DNA of 64,000 nucleotides from Azolla caroliniana. Lineage: Eukaryota > Plantae > Polypodiophyta. A model generated the notes under the pieces. It made no database searches. It saw only the letters and a list, made by a program, of their open reading frames with translations, and had not been told where the DNA came from. Shown piece by piece: positions 10,104 to 24,324 of the stretch; positions within the stretch are counted from its first letter, which is position 1, and each line of letters opens with the position of its first letter. The translations under genes were made by a program, and so were the position numbers. The stretch covers positions 13,888,001 to 13,952,000 of the forward strand of contig JBHGNT010000006.1 of NCBI GenBank assembly GCA_043228905.1, written 5' to 3'.

Positions 10104-13100
10104 TATTACAAAGGCGCTCCAGCTCTTCTTTGTGCACAATGGATCGTGATGTGCAAGATCATTTAATGCTCAAGACAGAAAGGGAAGGGGAAGGAGACTT
10201 ACCTCTATGTAGCAAACCAAAAAGCTTCTTCTATTTCATTACACGCAGAGCTCAACTCGCTCTCGTCAGTTTTCTGTTCTCTACTTCTCTCACTCTTACA
10301 ACTTACTACTCTTACTTTTTACCTAAGTTATAAGTGACTTATATATGTAGCTAATTAGTTGTCAGTAGCTAAATAGTTGTGCATAGCTAAATAATTGTTT
10401 CACCTTTATGTCCACTAGTAGCTAATTAGCTAATAGCTACTATAGCTTATTTCTCAATAAGCATCACATACCTTTGTTGAGCTTGCTTCTCAACACTCCC
10501 CCTGAAGCTCAACTTATCCTTTCTTGGGATCATCTTCAATCTTCTTTTCTTCATGCTTTTCAACTACCATGCCGTTGGTTATAACTCCCATCATGTGTCT
10601 AAATTGTGTATGTTTTTCCACACTCAATCCCTTCGTAAGCATATCAGCCACTTGCTGATTTGTACTTACATACATCAGATCCACTTCTCCATCAATCACT
10701 TTTTCCCTAACAAAGTGATAATGCGCTTCAATGTGCTTTGTTCTTGCATGGAACACTGGATTTTTTGCAAGCTGAATGTTGCTCATATTGTCATACCAAA
10801 TTGTGACTGCACCATCTATATATTCTTCCAAATTAGCAAGCAAGCTTCTGATCCATACCTCTTCACATGTAGCTATTGCTACTCCTCTATATTCAGCTTT
10901 AGTACTTGATAGTGCAACAATAGCTTGTTTCTTGCTACTCCATGAAATAGCTGCACTTCCCAATGTAAACATATATCCACTTGTGGATCTTCTGTCAGTT
11001 TGACTTCCAACCCAATCAACATCTGCATATCCTTCCAACTTTATGTCCAGATCAGCCCTGTAAAATAGTCCATAATTTTGAGTAGCTTTTACATACCTCA
11101 AAATTCTTCTTATGCAGTGCAAATGTGGCTTTGTTGGCTGTTGCATAAACTAACTGACTAATCCAACAACATAACTCAAATCAGGTCTTGTTATGGTCAA
11201 ATATATGAGGTTGCCCACCATAGACCTGTACATGTTTACATCTTCTATTTTGGCTCCCAAATCAGCCCTCAATTTGCAGTTCTTATCCGGTGGTACATCA
11301 ATAGGTTTGCATCCAAGCATACCATACTTCTTCAACATAGTTGTTACATACTGTTTTTGCAACATATATATACCACTTTCAGATCGGATCATCTCAATAC
11401 GAAGAAAGTATCTCAACTGTCCCAAGTCTTTCATATGAAATTGCATTTCCAGATTATTTTTTTAGCTTCCTTATTTCATCCATAGAATCAACACCGATGA
11501 TTAAATCATCAACATAAATCAGGATAACAACAATGCAATCATTTATCGTCTTTACATACCATGATGGATCAACTTTTGACATTTTGAAGGCAAATTTTTT
11601 CAAAGATTCTGAAAGTTCTTTATGCCATGCTCTCAGTGCTTGTTTTAGTCCATAGAGAGCCTTTTTTAGCCTACATACATATTATGGATGCTTCTTATCT
11701 TCAAAACCTAGTGGTTGACACATATACACTTCTTCTTCCAAGTTACCATGTAAAAAGGCATTTTTTACATCCATATGGTGCAACACCCATCTTTTGGCTG
11801 CACTTACAACAAGTAGTGTCCTCAATGTTGTCATCTTTGCAACCGGTGCATATGTTTTATCATAATCAATTCCTGGCATTTGGGCACATCCCTTTGCAAC
11901 AAGTCTTGCTTTATGTCTACTTACATTCCCATTGGAATCATGCTTTGTTTTGTAGACCCATTTGCAACCTACAACATTTTTTCAGTTTGGTAACTTTACC
12001 AAATCCCATCTTCTATTTTCATCCAATGCATCTATTTCTTCTTGCATTGCATTCACCCATTTCTTATCAGATTTTGTTGCATCAAAACTATTTGGATCAG
12101 GGATTTGTACCACTTTAGACATGTATGCATAATGCATAGCCATATATGTGTCATAACCAAATCTTTCAACAATCTTTTTCTCTCTATCTGATCTTCTCAA
12201 TTTGTGATTTCCATCTTTCATTCCCTTTTCCAAGCTCATATACCAATGATGTATTTGAAACTACATGTTCCATGTTTCTAGATCCATCATCAAGCATTTC
12301 ATATTCTAGCATCTTCTGTTTTCCCTTTTTATCGTCATATTTTTTGTGTATTGCATTTTTTCCATTCCATGCCTTAGATTCAGATTTACTACCTGAGCTT
12401 CCAAATGGTCCAGTACATTCTATTGATGTGGAACTTTGCTGTCCAACATTGCTTCCATCTCTTCCATTTTCAGATTCACATCTCTCTTCATTTTCATTGT
12501 CTTCATCAGTTTCTACATTTGTTTTTGGGCTGTACCAACTGCCCAACTCATCAAATATTACATCACGGCTTACCACAATCTTTTTTGGTAATGGGTTATA
12601 GCATCTATACTTTGCTCCTCTGAGTATCCAACAAAAACACATTTTTCAGCTTTTGGATCAAAGCTTACTTCTCACTTTTGGCAAGGCATCCAAACACTTT
12701 TAAGTATCCTGAACTAGGTTTCCTTCCATACAAACATTCTTCATGAGTTACTTCATGTACTCCAGATGTTATACATCTATTTAGAATATAATTAGCTGTG
12801 TTTACAACTTTTGCCCAATAGTACAATGGCATAATTTTTTCAGTTATCATAGCCCTTGTTATGTTCACCAAAGTTCTGGTTTTTCTCTCAGCAACTCCAT
12901 TTTATTGTGGAGTATATCTACATGTGAACTGTCTTCTTATTCCCTGATTGCATAGAAAATCAGAAAATTCATTGGAGAAATATTCTCCTCCTCCATCAGA
13001 TATTGAACATTTTATTCTAGTTCCAGCTTGCTTTTCTAACATGCATTTAAACTTACAATTTAGTAATCAAATACTTCACTTTTTTCTTTCATGAAGTAAA

Positions 13101-16100
13101 CCCATGTTTTCCTTGAGCAATCATCAATAAATGTTACATAAAACTTACATGCACTAATTGATGTATTTTTTGTTGGTCCCCATATATCTGTATGTACCAA
13201 ATCCAACAAATTTTTGCTTACATGTCTTTCATGAGGGAAAGGCAACCTGTTTTGCTTTCCATATTGGCATGTGTTGAGAATCAAGCTCAACTTGGTCCAG
13301 TGTGTGAACTCACCTTGAGAATGAATAGACACTCCAACGGTCAAGAGTCACCATTATGTCACCTCTTTGTATTCTAGAATTTAGTATGAGTCATAGAATC
13401 ATATTCTATGACACATAACTTATGAGCTTTCACATTCCCCATGCTCCATGAGTCTTGTAGTTAATGAAGAGAGAGGGTGACTATATAAAGCACCCTCCTC
13501 CCACCTTGTATTGCGTCAAGTCTTTCTCCTTTATTAATATACTTTTACCTTGCATATTCTCTACGCCGTACTCCTTGTCTCTCTCTCACTCTCCCTCTCT
13601 CTCATACACACACATAAATCACATCTCTTCCGCTTCACAAGAATCATATCCAATTCTTTACATGGTATCAGAGCGATTTGGTAGTTCGATCTAGCCCATT
13701 CGCCTCATCGTGATCGTGTGTTGTGTTCCACGCCGACGACCAAGAACCGGCTCATCGCTATTGTAGCTTCGCTACATAGCTCACATTCGAAGAGAGAAGA
13801 AGAAGAAGAAGAATCAACATAATGAATACTCAAATGGGGAGCGCTCTCCCTACCGAGAAGTTGGATCGAAACAAATTCGCATCTTGGGAGTACAAGATGC
13901 ACCAATACCTTGTCGGACAAGGCTATTGGAGCTACATCAAAGGAGCGCATGAAGACCGACCCGTTGACACGGTTCTCGGATACGCGACATGGGATCAAGT
14001 CGCAAGCCGCATGATGTATTGTTTGGCAACATGTGTTCACGACCACATGCTCGATTACATTCGAGAAGCCAAGACGCCAAAGGAAGCGTGGGAAAATCTA
14101 CGAAATATTTTCGCCGCCAACACGACCGCGAGGAAGCTTCAACTCCACCAAGAGTTGAATAACATTCAACAAAGGGACATGTCCATCACGAAATACACCT
14201 CGAAGATCAAGGAGCTTTGTGATTCGCTCGGCTCAATAAGCGTAAATATCGATGATGATGAGATGGTGCAAATATGCCTCGGCGGCCTCGCACCACGGTT
14301 CGGCGCGATGCGAACCGCTGTTCTAGCAAGGGAGAAATCTCCCTCCTTCTTCGAGCTCCAATAAATGCTATTGGTCGAAGAAAACCACGTGCGTACAAGG
14401 AGCAATGAGTCGGAAGGCCACATGCTCTACACGCACTCGAACGGAGGAAGAGGATGCAGACGGTCGAGAGGCCGATTCGACCACGGACAAGGCGGACGAG
14501 GTCCGACCTACAATAACAACTCCTAATTCCAGCCACAAAACGGAAGCCAAGGAGGAACCTTCGCAAGAAGGGGGAGCTTCCACTCTAGCCCGAGCTGTCA
14601 AAACGCAACCGAATGCGGATATTGCGGAAAGCTCGGCCACCACGAAGAAGAGTGCCGAAAGAAGATGCGTGAATCGGCTTCCACATGCCGACAACTCACG
14701 AATTACGCACACAACTCCGACTACGAAGGGTATAGCGGAATGTACGGGCACAACTCCGACTACGAAGATCGTGGGGGAATGTATGCACGCAACTCCGACC
14801 GTGGCAGAATGTTCATGATGAAACATAGAGCAAACTCTATGTCGGCCTCTACCTCAACTAGTGCCCTCAATCCGGAGGACGTATGGTTTGTTGACTCCGG
14901 AGCCTCAAACCATATGACATCCCACAAAGAATGGTTTCTCGAACTTTGAGAGCCAGAGCAACCCGGTTATGTCGAAACCGGAGATGACACTACGCACCCG
15001 ATTCGGCACATCGGCAATGTTCCGTTCGGAAAAGAAGGTAAGCAAAATTACATTAAAAATGTCTTGCATGTACCGACCATTACGAAGAATTTGGTCTCCG
15101 TTGGCCAAATTGTAGAGCAAGGGATGCAAGTTTGATTTAATCAAGGCGGTTGCTTCATCGAAAAAGAGGGCCGACTCATCGCACGCGGACGAAGAGAGGG
15201 CCGAATGTTCATTCTCGACTCACACAAGATGAAATCGGCCATGTTCGCAAAGGTCATGAAAGCCGACTCCGACATAGAGTTGTGGCACAAGCGAATCGGC
15301 CACATCAATCTCAACAAACTCAAAGTAATGAAATCGAAAGGAGTCGTCATCGGACTCCCGACATTCAAAGAGAAGGAGATTGAAGGTATATGTGAAGCAT
15401 GCCAATTCGGCAAGCAACACCGACACCCATTCCCAAAAGAGCGGAACGTGAGCAAAGGTCTACTTGATGTAGTCCATTCCGACGTATGGGGACCGGCACA
15501 GACGGCTACATTCGGCAGATGCCGATATTACGTGCACTTCATCAATGACTTCTCCAAGCACACTTGGATCTACCCGATGTAGCAAAAGAGCGAAGTGTTC
15601 GGACACTTCCAAACATTCAAAAATGAGGTCGAGAAAGCCACGGGCCGACATGTATGTTCTCTTCGATCGGATGGCAGCAAGGAGTACTTCTCGGACGATT
15701 TCACACCGTATCTCCGAAAGGAAGGAATTCGGCGAGAATTCACTTGCTGACACAGTCCGAGCGCAAAAATCGGCACATCCTCGAAGTAGCATGGGCCATG
15801 ATGAACAAGAAGCATATGCCCAACTCATATTGGGCCGAAGCTGCAAATACAGTTGTCTACCTAATGAACCAATGCACAACATCCAGTGTGCACGAGGTCA
15901 CTCTGCATGAAAAATACTTTGGAAAGAAGCCGGACTTATCGCACACCCGGATATTCGGCGCGATAGCGTACGTGCACATCCCCGACGAGAAGCGTCAAAA
16001 GCTTGACCCGAAATCGGAGAAATGTATCCTCATAGGATACTCACTGGAGCAAAAGGGGTACAAGTGCTACAACCATTCAACTCGAAAATCTCGAGTAAGT

Positions 16101-17912
16101 CAAGACGTCATTTTTTGACGAGTCCGCATCCTAGTACACACCAGAGACAACTCTGACTCTGCTCGACCCGGAATCCGCTGAACAAGAGATACAGGACGAA
16201 GATCACCTTACGCGCATGTTCGAAGGAAGTCCGATCACGACCACAAGAGCCTTTGAGCGATCAAAGCACATCACGGCCTAGCCTGAAGATGGACAAAGGC
16301 AAGGCGAAAATGGCGGAATACGCAGACGATCGCTTCGACGATGATGAGTCGACTCACTCACTCGAGAATGAGTTCGGCGGCTTCGATGAACCAATCAGAG
16401 CTAAGAAAACCCTCATCTCTGCAAACGAGAAGCTCCGTCAATCCACCCGTGACAAGAACACCATAAGCCAATTCAGCTACAATGATTATATGGCGTACCA
16501 TTACGCCTTTATGATGAAGTTAGCAACAGTACGAGAGCCGGAAACATTCTCCGAAGCAGCCAAGGATCTGTGATGGATCGAAGCCATGAACGAGGAGATG
16601 TTGGCACTACGCAAGAACGAGACATGGGATCTCATTCCCACCTCACCACACAAAAAGGTGATTGGATGCAGATGGATTTACAAAGTGAAGTACAACGCCA
16701 ACGGTTCCATCAACCGCTACAAAGCGCGACTCGTAGCGAAAGGCTACGCACAAACGCATGACGTTGACTACGAAGAGACCTTTGCCCCGGTTGCGAAGAT
16801 GACGACGGTACGGACCGTAATTCTGCTTGCCGTGGCGAAAGGGTGGCACCTCCATCAAATGGACGTCAAGAACGCCTTTCGACAAGGCGAATTAGAAGAC
16901 GAGGTGTACATGATACAACCACCCGGCTTCAACTCGAGCACCCATCCGAAAGTTGTATCCCGACTGAAGAAGCCACTCTACGGCCTGAAGAAAGCACCGC
17001 ATGCTTGGCATTCGAAGATAACGCAATATCTTCATCAAATTGGCTTCCGTATGTCAAAATCGGACAACTCCCTGTACATACGAAGCGATTCCGCAAGTCC
17101 GATCGTCATCCTTTTATATGTGGATGACCTAGTCATTGGAGGCAAGCATCTCGTCGAAATCAATAAAGTCAAATCCCTCCTTTCCGACAAGTTCGAGATG
17201 ACGGACATGAAGGAGCGCCACTACTTCCTCAGCATCGAGATAATTCGAACTCCGGCCGGAATCATGATCTCTCAACGGCACTACATCCTCAACTTGTTAT
17301 ACAAGTTCGGAATGGCTAAGTACAAATCCGCGGCAACCCCACTCGATTGCAATCTCAAACTAGATGCGAACTCCGGCACCAAAGTGTGTGATCCGACTCA
17401 GTATCGGCAACTCATGGGGAGTCTCATCTACCTCACGATCACTCGACCCAATCTCAGTTATCCGGTTGGTCTCCTTAGTCAATTCATGCAAACACCACGT
17501 GATACTCACTTGGATTGCGCTAAGCAAGTTCTACGATACGTGAGCGGCTCAATGGATTGCGGCATCCTCTACAACACCGTGATGCCAATACGACTCGAGG
17601 GGTACACAAAGACGATAGAAAATCAACCTCCGGATTTGTTTTCTCCCTCGGCAGTGGAGCAATATCCTGGACCAACAAAAAACAACCAAACGTCGCTCTT
17701 TTGAGCACAGAGGCGGAATATAGGGGCGCGGCAGTGACCGCATGCGAAGCCGTATGGCTCAAAAGAATACTCAAGGATCTAGGCGTACCCATCAAGGATC
17801 CAACTTCCCTTTATTGCGACAACATGAGCAATATCTATCTGCCTCGGAACCCGGTGTTCCACGCGCGAACAAAGCACATCGAAGTGCACTATCACTTCAT
17901 CCGAGAGCGCGT

Positions 17913-20900
17913 TGTGGCGTTGCTACGCGAGTGCGTGGAGAAGGGCGGGACCACAGGGGTCTTGGACTAAGGAGTAGAGGAGAAGGAATCGGACATGGAA
18001 TGGAAGCTTTGCTCAAGAAGAAGAAGAATGAACAAGAGATTAGATCGAACAAGAGGAAGATGGAGACAAGATTATCAACAAGATATATTAAAACGAAATG
18101 AACGATTACAAACGGTGGCCGCGTAGGCCGCACCAAACGACTACTCGAAACCCTAACCGACGAAGATGAAGAAAAGACAAAGAAACCCTTACCCTAACCC
18201 TAACGCTCGACCTATGTGGTATACCTCGCACACTCAAAATAGGCAACCCCCACAATGGTGCCTTCTCTCTCCTTTTATAGCACAAGGAGGGAAGATTGTT
18301 TACAAAAGTGAGACTAAAATATCCCCTTTCATTCAAAGGGGATATTTGCCTTGATTTGGGGGAGGGTGATATTGATGGCCCCTTAACTCCCACCTCCACA
18401 CAAACAACTAGGTACCTATGTACCACGTAGTACCTCTCTCTCTCTCTCTCTCGCGTGGATGTGCGTACGACCACATCACCTTTATACCTTTATTACTATT
18501 ACAAATACATTATGTACGTGTGCAACGTTGCACATCGCTCTTTGGCTCTCGTTGCTCAGGTTTCCGCTTGTGGACGAAAATCTTCACGACATCTGCCCCC
18601 ACCTAACCGCACATCCTCCGGTATGTGCCAAAACATAGGGGAGAGAACACGAGATTTTCGGCCACGACCGACTGACCAAGATTTTCGGCCACGACGACCT
18701 CGTGGGCCCGCCCGGCTTTGTCTTCCACTTCGAGCAAGACCACCCCGTCCACACGAACCGCCGCCGCCTTCTGGCCCACCATCCTCGTCGAATGGTCTCG
18801 AACCGTCGGCGCCATCCGATCCGCCACACTCGACGATGTTCTCCGAGTCGTTGCCTCCACCCGATCCGCCACGTCCACCGTGGGTCCTTGAACCACCGAC
18901 TACATCCGACCCGCTGTATCTGATGCCCGTGCTTTCCTCCCCGTTCGATCCTCCCGAACGCCGTCGCCGACCCGGTTGCTCTTCCTTTGTCCGCCTCGTA
19001 TATCCTCCGGATGCGCTCCCGGTCGCATGCCGGATTCCGCCCTTTGCGTGCCGCACACCTTGGCGTGCCGACTCTCTCCGCTCCGTGCTTGCCTTCCGTA
19101 GGCTTTCCCCGTATGTCGATGTTGCCCTCCGAATGCGTGCTCGTGCTTCGGTCCTTTGATGACCCCATCACGCGTTTTTCGCTTTCCCCTTGTTCACCGT
19201 GCTCTCTCGTGGTAGACCGTGCCATCATCCCGACCTCCGTGTCGGTGTCTCTCGAGGCTCTCATTACCGCTTCGCCTCGACTTGCGCCCTCTTGGCCTGC
19301 TTGGCCTTGCATGACCTACGGGAAGCAGCGCTTCCTCTTCCCGGCGAGTAGCTCGTTGCTCTCCGCGCACCTTCTTCGGTTCTCAAGACACGACTCTCTG
19401 CTCATGCCGATCGCGCTCGGCCCATGTCGTCGATCTTGGTGTTTCGCCGCGCCGTCCTTCGTCCCGCGCTTGCCTCTCGAAGGCTTGACCCAACCGTCAT
19501 CGTCGGTCAATCGTTGTCGCCCATCCGCCGTATGCATGCTTGTGTCTTGGCCCTCCACCGGCCGTATTGCATGCGTCTCGTGTGGCGCTTCCGCCATAGA
19601 CCCAACCTCTGCGTCGGTCTCCAACCCCTCGCCGCCACCCACCGTTTCCTCGTTCTCCTTTCGATCCGCGACCGTCGATGCCTCACGGGTAGGTGTGGAG
19701 GGTTCCTCCCACTCTCGGTCCACCACCGAGTCCTCGCCTCTCAAAGGCTCAATCGGTCCACTGTTTCCAGTCACTCGTTGACGCTCCCCCGAGTGCATGC
19801 TTGTTCCTTGACCCTCCGCTGGCCGTAGTGCATGCTTCACTTCACGCTCATCCGTCGTAGACCCGACCTCCGCGTTGGTCTCTTCATCCTTCCCACACCG
19901 GGCATCCGCTCCGGTACCCGATTCCGCATTGTCTTCCAACACCTCGTCGCCATCCGCCATCTCTTCGGTCTTCCGTTGATCCGCAACCGCCGAATTCTCA
20001 AGCATAGGTGTGGAGGGCTCCTCTTGCTCTCGGCCTCTCACCGACCCGTACTCGTCGTGCCCGGTTAGCCTCCTTCTCGCTCTCATCGGCTCCCACCGTA
20101 ACCGTACCCGGCCGGCTACGAATCGGTCAAACAATCCCGGTCTTGCCGGCTTCCTTCGGTTCGTGCCCGGTTGACCGGCCCCCGCTTCACTCTTCTTCCG
20201 CTCCGCCTCCCGGTCGGGTCGGATTACCGACTGGCTCATCTTTCGGTCGGGTCGGTTCCCGACTCGCTCCTCGATGCCGCTCCGGACCTCTCCTTCGGCC
20301 TTTTGCACGTGCCCACTCCGGGCCTCTCATCCTCACGGCCACCGTCCATCTCTCCGGTCTTATGTCCGCACTCGGGCGCAACCGCCAAAGTCTCCGGCCC
20401 CGGTGTCAAGGGATCTCGCCTCCGTCCGCTACAAACCTCCTCTTCGTCATTTTGGTTGCCCGCCTTGCCGCCGCCACCGTCCGTCTCTCTAGGTTTCACA
20501 CCGGCTCTTGGGCCGGTTGCCGGAGTCTCTAGCACCGGTGTGTGAAAGGTTGCGGCGCCACCGCTCGTCTCCTCTTCTTCCTCAATTTCGCAAGCCTCAA
20601 GTATGCTCGCGAAATCCTCGTAGAACGATTCGGGCAACCGCGTCCTGAAACTTTCGCCCACTCTCGAAGTGACGTCCATTGCTCTGTAGATATCAGCCTC
20701 ATCCATGGCCATCCTCTTTCCACAAGTCGAGAGGGTCGCTCGCTCCGCACCCTCTCCCACATCGTCGCCGTGGTCGTCTGCCTTGCCGCCGCCACCGTTC
20801 GTTACCCTAGGTCTCACGCGGGCACTCGGGCCAGCCGCCGGGGTCTCTTGAACCGGTGCGTGTAAGGTAGCAACGCCGCCGCTTGTCGATGTTGTGCCCG

Positions 20901-22594
20901 TAGCCACCTCCATTTGGACCTCGTCGTCCGTGGCTACCCCGCCTCCGTATATGCAAGCATCAATTATGCTTGCCGCCTCCTCTTCCACAGTCTCCTTACC
21001 GTTGTCTCGGTTGCCCGCCTTGCCGCCACCACCGTCCGTCACTCTACGTCTCACACCGGCTCTCGGGCCGGTTGCCGGAGTCTCTAGGCCCGGTGTGCAT
21101 AAGGTCGCGGCACCACCGCCCGTCTTCTCCCCGCTCGATGTTTCGGGCCTCCATGCCCGAACTCCCTCATGTCCGCTCGAACCGGCGATCGCCGCCTCAC
21201 CATCCCCGACCTCATCCTCGGTCGATCTTTCTCTGCATGTCGAGAGGGTGGCTTGTCCCGCACCCTCTCCCGTGGTACCGATGTACCATTCTCTTTCGGC
21301 CTCCTCATCCTCCGATCCGCTCGGCCCCGACTCCGCAATAAGCCCTTCTTCGGCTTCGATTTGTGCCTCTACGATCTCGTACGCTTCCCGCACCAAGGCT
21401 TCGATGTCGATCTCCTCCGAACAGATTTGCGTTGAGCTCTCTTCCGGCGGTAGTGCGTAGTCGGTCGCCGCTCTCTCTTCTCCGCCGTTCACGGGCCGCG
21501 TTGTGGCTGACCGCCTCTCATCGCATTGTATGCACGCCCATTCCACCTCGTTCCAATCTTCGGTGAGGCCGTACGCCCCTTCATCGTCTTCGAGGTAGGG
21601 AAAAATGGTCATTCTCCCCCTTTCGTTGACCGACTTCAAGAATAGTGGGACCTTGTCCGCCCCCACCGATTCTTGATCCCGGACCGAAAGTTGGGAAAAC
21701 CGGAGATCGAACTCCCGGAATGCCTTCATTGTGCTTCGAGGAGCCTTTGCCGACGACACCCATAGATCGAACTCACGTCGATCGTACTTGTACGCCTCTT
21801 CCCGTCTTTCTCTCCTTCTTGCGAAATCCCTTGCCATTCTCGTAATTACTTCCGCGATGTCTCCGGCTTCCATCTCCTTCCTCCCTTGCTGCCTCTTCAC
21901 GTCGGGTTCACCAAAGATGTGGCGTTGCTACGCGCGTACGTAGAGAAGGGCGGGACCACGGGGTTCTTGGACTAAGGAGTAGAGGAGAAGGAATCGGACA
22001 TGGAATGGAAGCTTTGCTCAAGAAGAAGAAGAATGAACAAGAGATTAGATCGAGCAAGAGGAAGATGGAGACAAGATTATCAACAAGATATATTAAAACG
22101 AAATGAACGATTACAAACGGTGGCCGCGTAGGCCGCACCAAACGACTACTCGAAACCCTAACCGACGAAGATGAAGAAAAGACAAAGAAACCCTAACCCT
22201 AACCCTAACGCTTGACCTATGTGGTATACCTCGCACACTCAAAATAGGCAACCCCCACAATGGTGCCTTCTCTCTCCTTTTATAGCACAAGGAGGGAAGA
22301 CCGCTTACAAAAGTGAGACTAAAATATCCCCTTTCATTCAAAGGGGATATTTGCCTTGATTTGGGGGAGGGTGATATTGATGGCCCCTTAACTCCCACCT
22401 CCTCACAAACAACTAGGTACCTATGTACCGCATAGTAACTCTCTCTCTCTCTCTCACGTGGATGTGCGTACGACCACATCACCTTTATACCTTTATTACT
22501 ATTACAAATACATTATGTATGTGTGCAACGTTGCACATCGCTCTTTGGCTCTCGTTGCTCGGGTTTCCGCTTGTGGACGAAAATCTTCACGACA
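17913..22594 (-). mobile_element. Non-autonomous gag-only LTR element (gypsy-B related) nested in the RNase H of copia B
   Basis: Near-identical LTRs 17913-18591 and 21918-22594, 4-bp TSD GCGT. PBS 21896-21913 matches the plant tRNA-Trp 3' end (ttcacgtcgggttcacca). PPT-like ggtgggggcaga. No RT or integrase motifs inside. Confidence 0.9.
20236..21900 (-). CDS. Gag-like protein with an acidic, repetitive C-terminal part
   Basis: The N-terminus FREFDLRFSQLS..DKVPLFLKSV..LEDDEG..LTEDW parallels gypsy-B gag (LQEFGTRFTRLS..SKVLLLIKSV..LETDDG.TADW). It has three copies of GGxATxxxPxxETPAxGPxAxVxxRxTxGGGGKA. Confidence 0.65.
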   Translation of the reverse strand: MKRQQGRKEMEAGDIAEVITRMARDFARRRERREEAYKYDRREFDLWVSSAKAPRSTMKAFREFDLRFSQLSVRDQESVGADKVPLFLKSVNERGRMTIFPYLEDDEGAYGLTEDWNEVEWACIQCDERRSATTRPVNGGEERAATDYALPPEESSTQICSEEIDIEALVREAYEIVEAQIEAEEGLIAESGPSGSEDEEAEREWYIGTTGEGAGQATLSTCRERSTEDEVGDGEAAIAGSSGHEGVRAWRPETSSGEKTGGGAATLCTPGLETPATGPRAGVRRRVTDGGGGKAGNRDNGKETVEEEAASIIDACIYGGGVATDDEVQMEVATGTTSTSGGVATLHAPVQETPAAGPSARVRPRVTNGGGGKADDHGDDVGEGAERATLSTCGKRMAMDEADIYRAMDVTSRVGESFRTRLPESFYEDFASILEACEIEEEEETSGGAATFHTPVLETPATGPRAGVKPRETDGGGGKAGNQNDEEEVCSGRRRDPLTPGPETLAVAPECGHKTGEMDGGREDERPGVGTCKRPKERSGAASRSESGTDPTER

Positions 22595-24217
22595 GCGTTC
22601 TAGCTGGCGATGTCGACCTACAACACATTAGCACGAATCTTCAAACGGCCGACATCTTCACTAAAGCCTTAGGAGCCGACAAGCTATGCCAATTCATGAC
22701 CGATCTCGGATTGACGATCCCTGACCTACCAAGCTTGAGGGGGAGTACTGAAGACATTACGCAATAATGCGTGGATTTTGCAAACTGTGCACACTACGCA
22801 AGAACACATGGATTACGCAACCACGCAACGAAGCCGTGAAGAGACGATCTACCGTGCAAAGCCGCAAAGAAAGACACAAGCTGAAGCACAGACTTCGCAA
22901 CTACGCACAACACAAGCTGGAGCACGGATTCCACAACTCTGCATAAATGCGAGTCGATGTGAGTCGACGCGGACTCCGGAACGCGAGTCAAAGCGGATTT
23001 CGGATACCGTCTGAAACCGGCCCTACTTCAGCTTGAGGGGGCGTGTTGAGAATCAAGCTCAACTTGGTCTAGTGTGTGAACTCACCTTGAGAGTGAATAG
23101 ACACTCCAATGGTCAAGAGTCACCATTATGTCACCTCTTTGTATTCTAGCATTTAGTTTGAGTCATAGAATCATATTCTATGACACATAACTTATGAGCT
23201 TTCACATTCCCCATGCTCCATGAGTCTTGTAGTTAATGAAGAGAGAGGGTGACTATATAAAGCACCCTCCTCCCACCTTGCATTGCGTCTCTCACTCTGT
23301 CTCTCTCTCTCATACACACACATAACTCACATCTCTTCCGCTTCACAAGAATCATATCCGATTCTTTACAGCATGTTTCACATATTTTGTTCATCTCACA
23401 ATCTTTTAACTTAGGCAATCCAGCCACTGCATTTTTCCTCAACATATTTTTCAAGGTTTGCATACTTATGTGACCGATTCTTTTATGCCACATTTCCACA
23501 TCTGAGATTACACTCATTCCTTTTGCAAACATGGTTGTAACCCTTTTAGGCATATCCACATCTGACACAAATATTCTTTCTTGACGTTTTCCTTTTGCAA
23601 TAAGCTTTCCCTATTTCTCTATAAAGCATCCATTTTGCTTAAACTTAACTTGCATTCCTTGCTCTATTATCTGTTGAACAGAAATCAGATTTTTTGCAAG
23701 GTTTGGAACATGCATCACATTTCAGCATATACTTTGTTTTTCCTTTTTCTTCCCACAATAGGATATCTCGAACATGCTCAACTGTATGAGTGGTGTTATC
23801 ATTTGTCTGTACATAACCAAGAATCTCTAGTTCTCGCATGTCCTGTCATATTATTAGATGCCCCAAAATCTACAGACCACATAAAATCTTCATTACATCT
23901 CTGTGAACATTTATCCATTGTTGTTGTTTCATATTGCATCACAAATGCATCATCTTTATCACATTCTTCACTAGTTGAAGCATAGTTATTTTGCTGTCTC
24001 TTACCCCTTTTTCCATCATTTTGCTTTTTATAGCATCCAGCCTATGCATGGCCTAGTTTTCCATAATACCAACATCCATCATCATTCAAATAACTTTGCT
24101 TACCTCTTCCTCAATTGCTCCCCCTACCTCTGATGTTGTTTCTTCCACTTGTAGCTTGTTGTCCTCTTCCTTGATAATTGTTGTTGGTTCTAGCTAAACC
24201 AAATCTTCCATGGCCTC

Positions 24218-24282
24218 TGTAAAAGATTGCTTGCGGAAGCGTTAGAAAGAACAATACACAAAGAGAGAGAGAGAGTACGCGG

Positions 24283-24324
<42 letters not shown>

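Larger units (their letters stand above)
13272..23370 (+). mobile_element. Ty1/copia element B nested in copia A
   Basis: LTRs 13272-13662 and 23044-23370 (TG...CA), TSD GCATG on both sides, PBS tggtatcagag (tRNA-iMet), PPT gagggggcg. The gag-PR(DSGAS)-IN-RT(YVDD)-RH frame has several stops and frameshifts. Confidence 0.95.

Noticed and set aside
18455-21460. Many overlapping plus-strand ORFs in the gag-only element
   Set aside because: These are GC-rich antisense shadows with no recognisable motifs.
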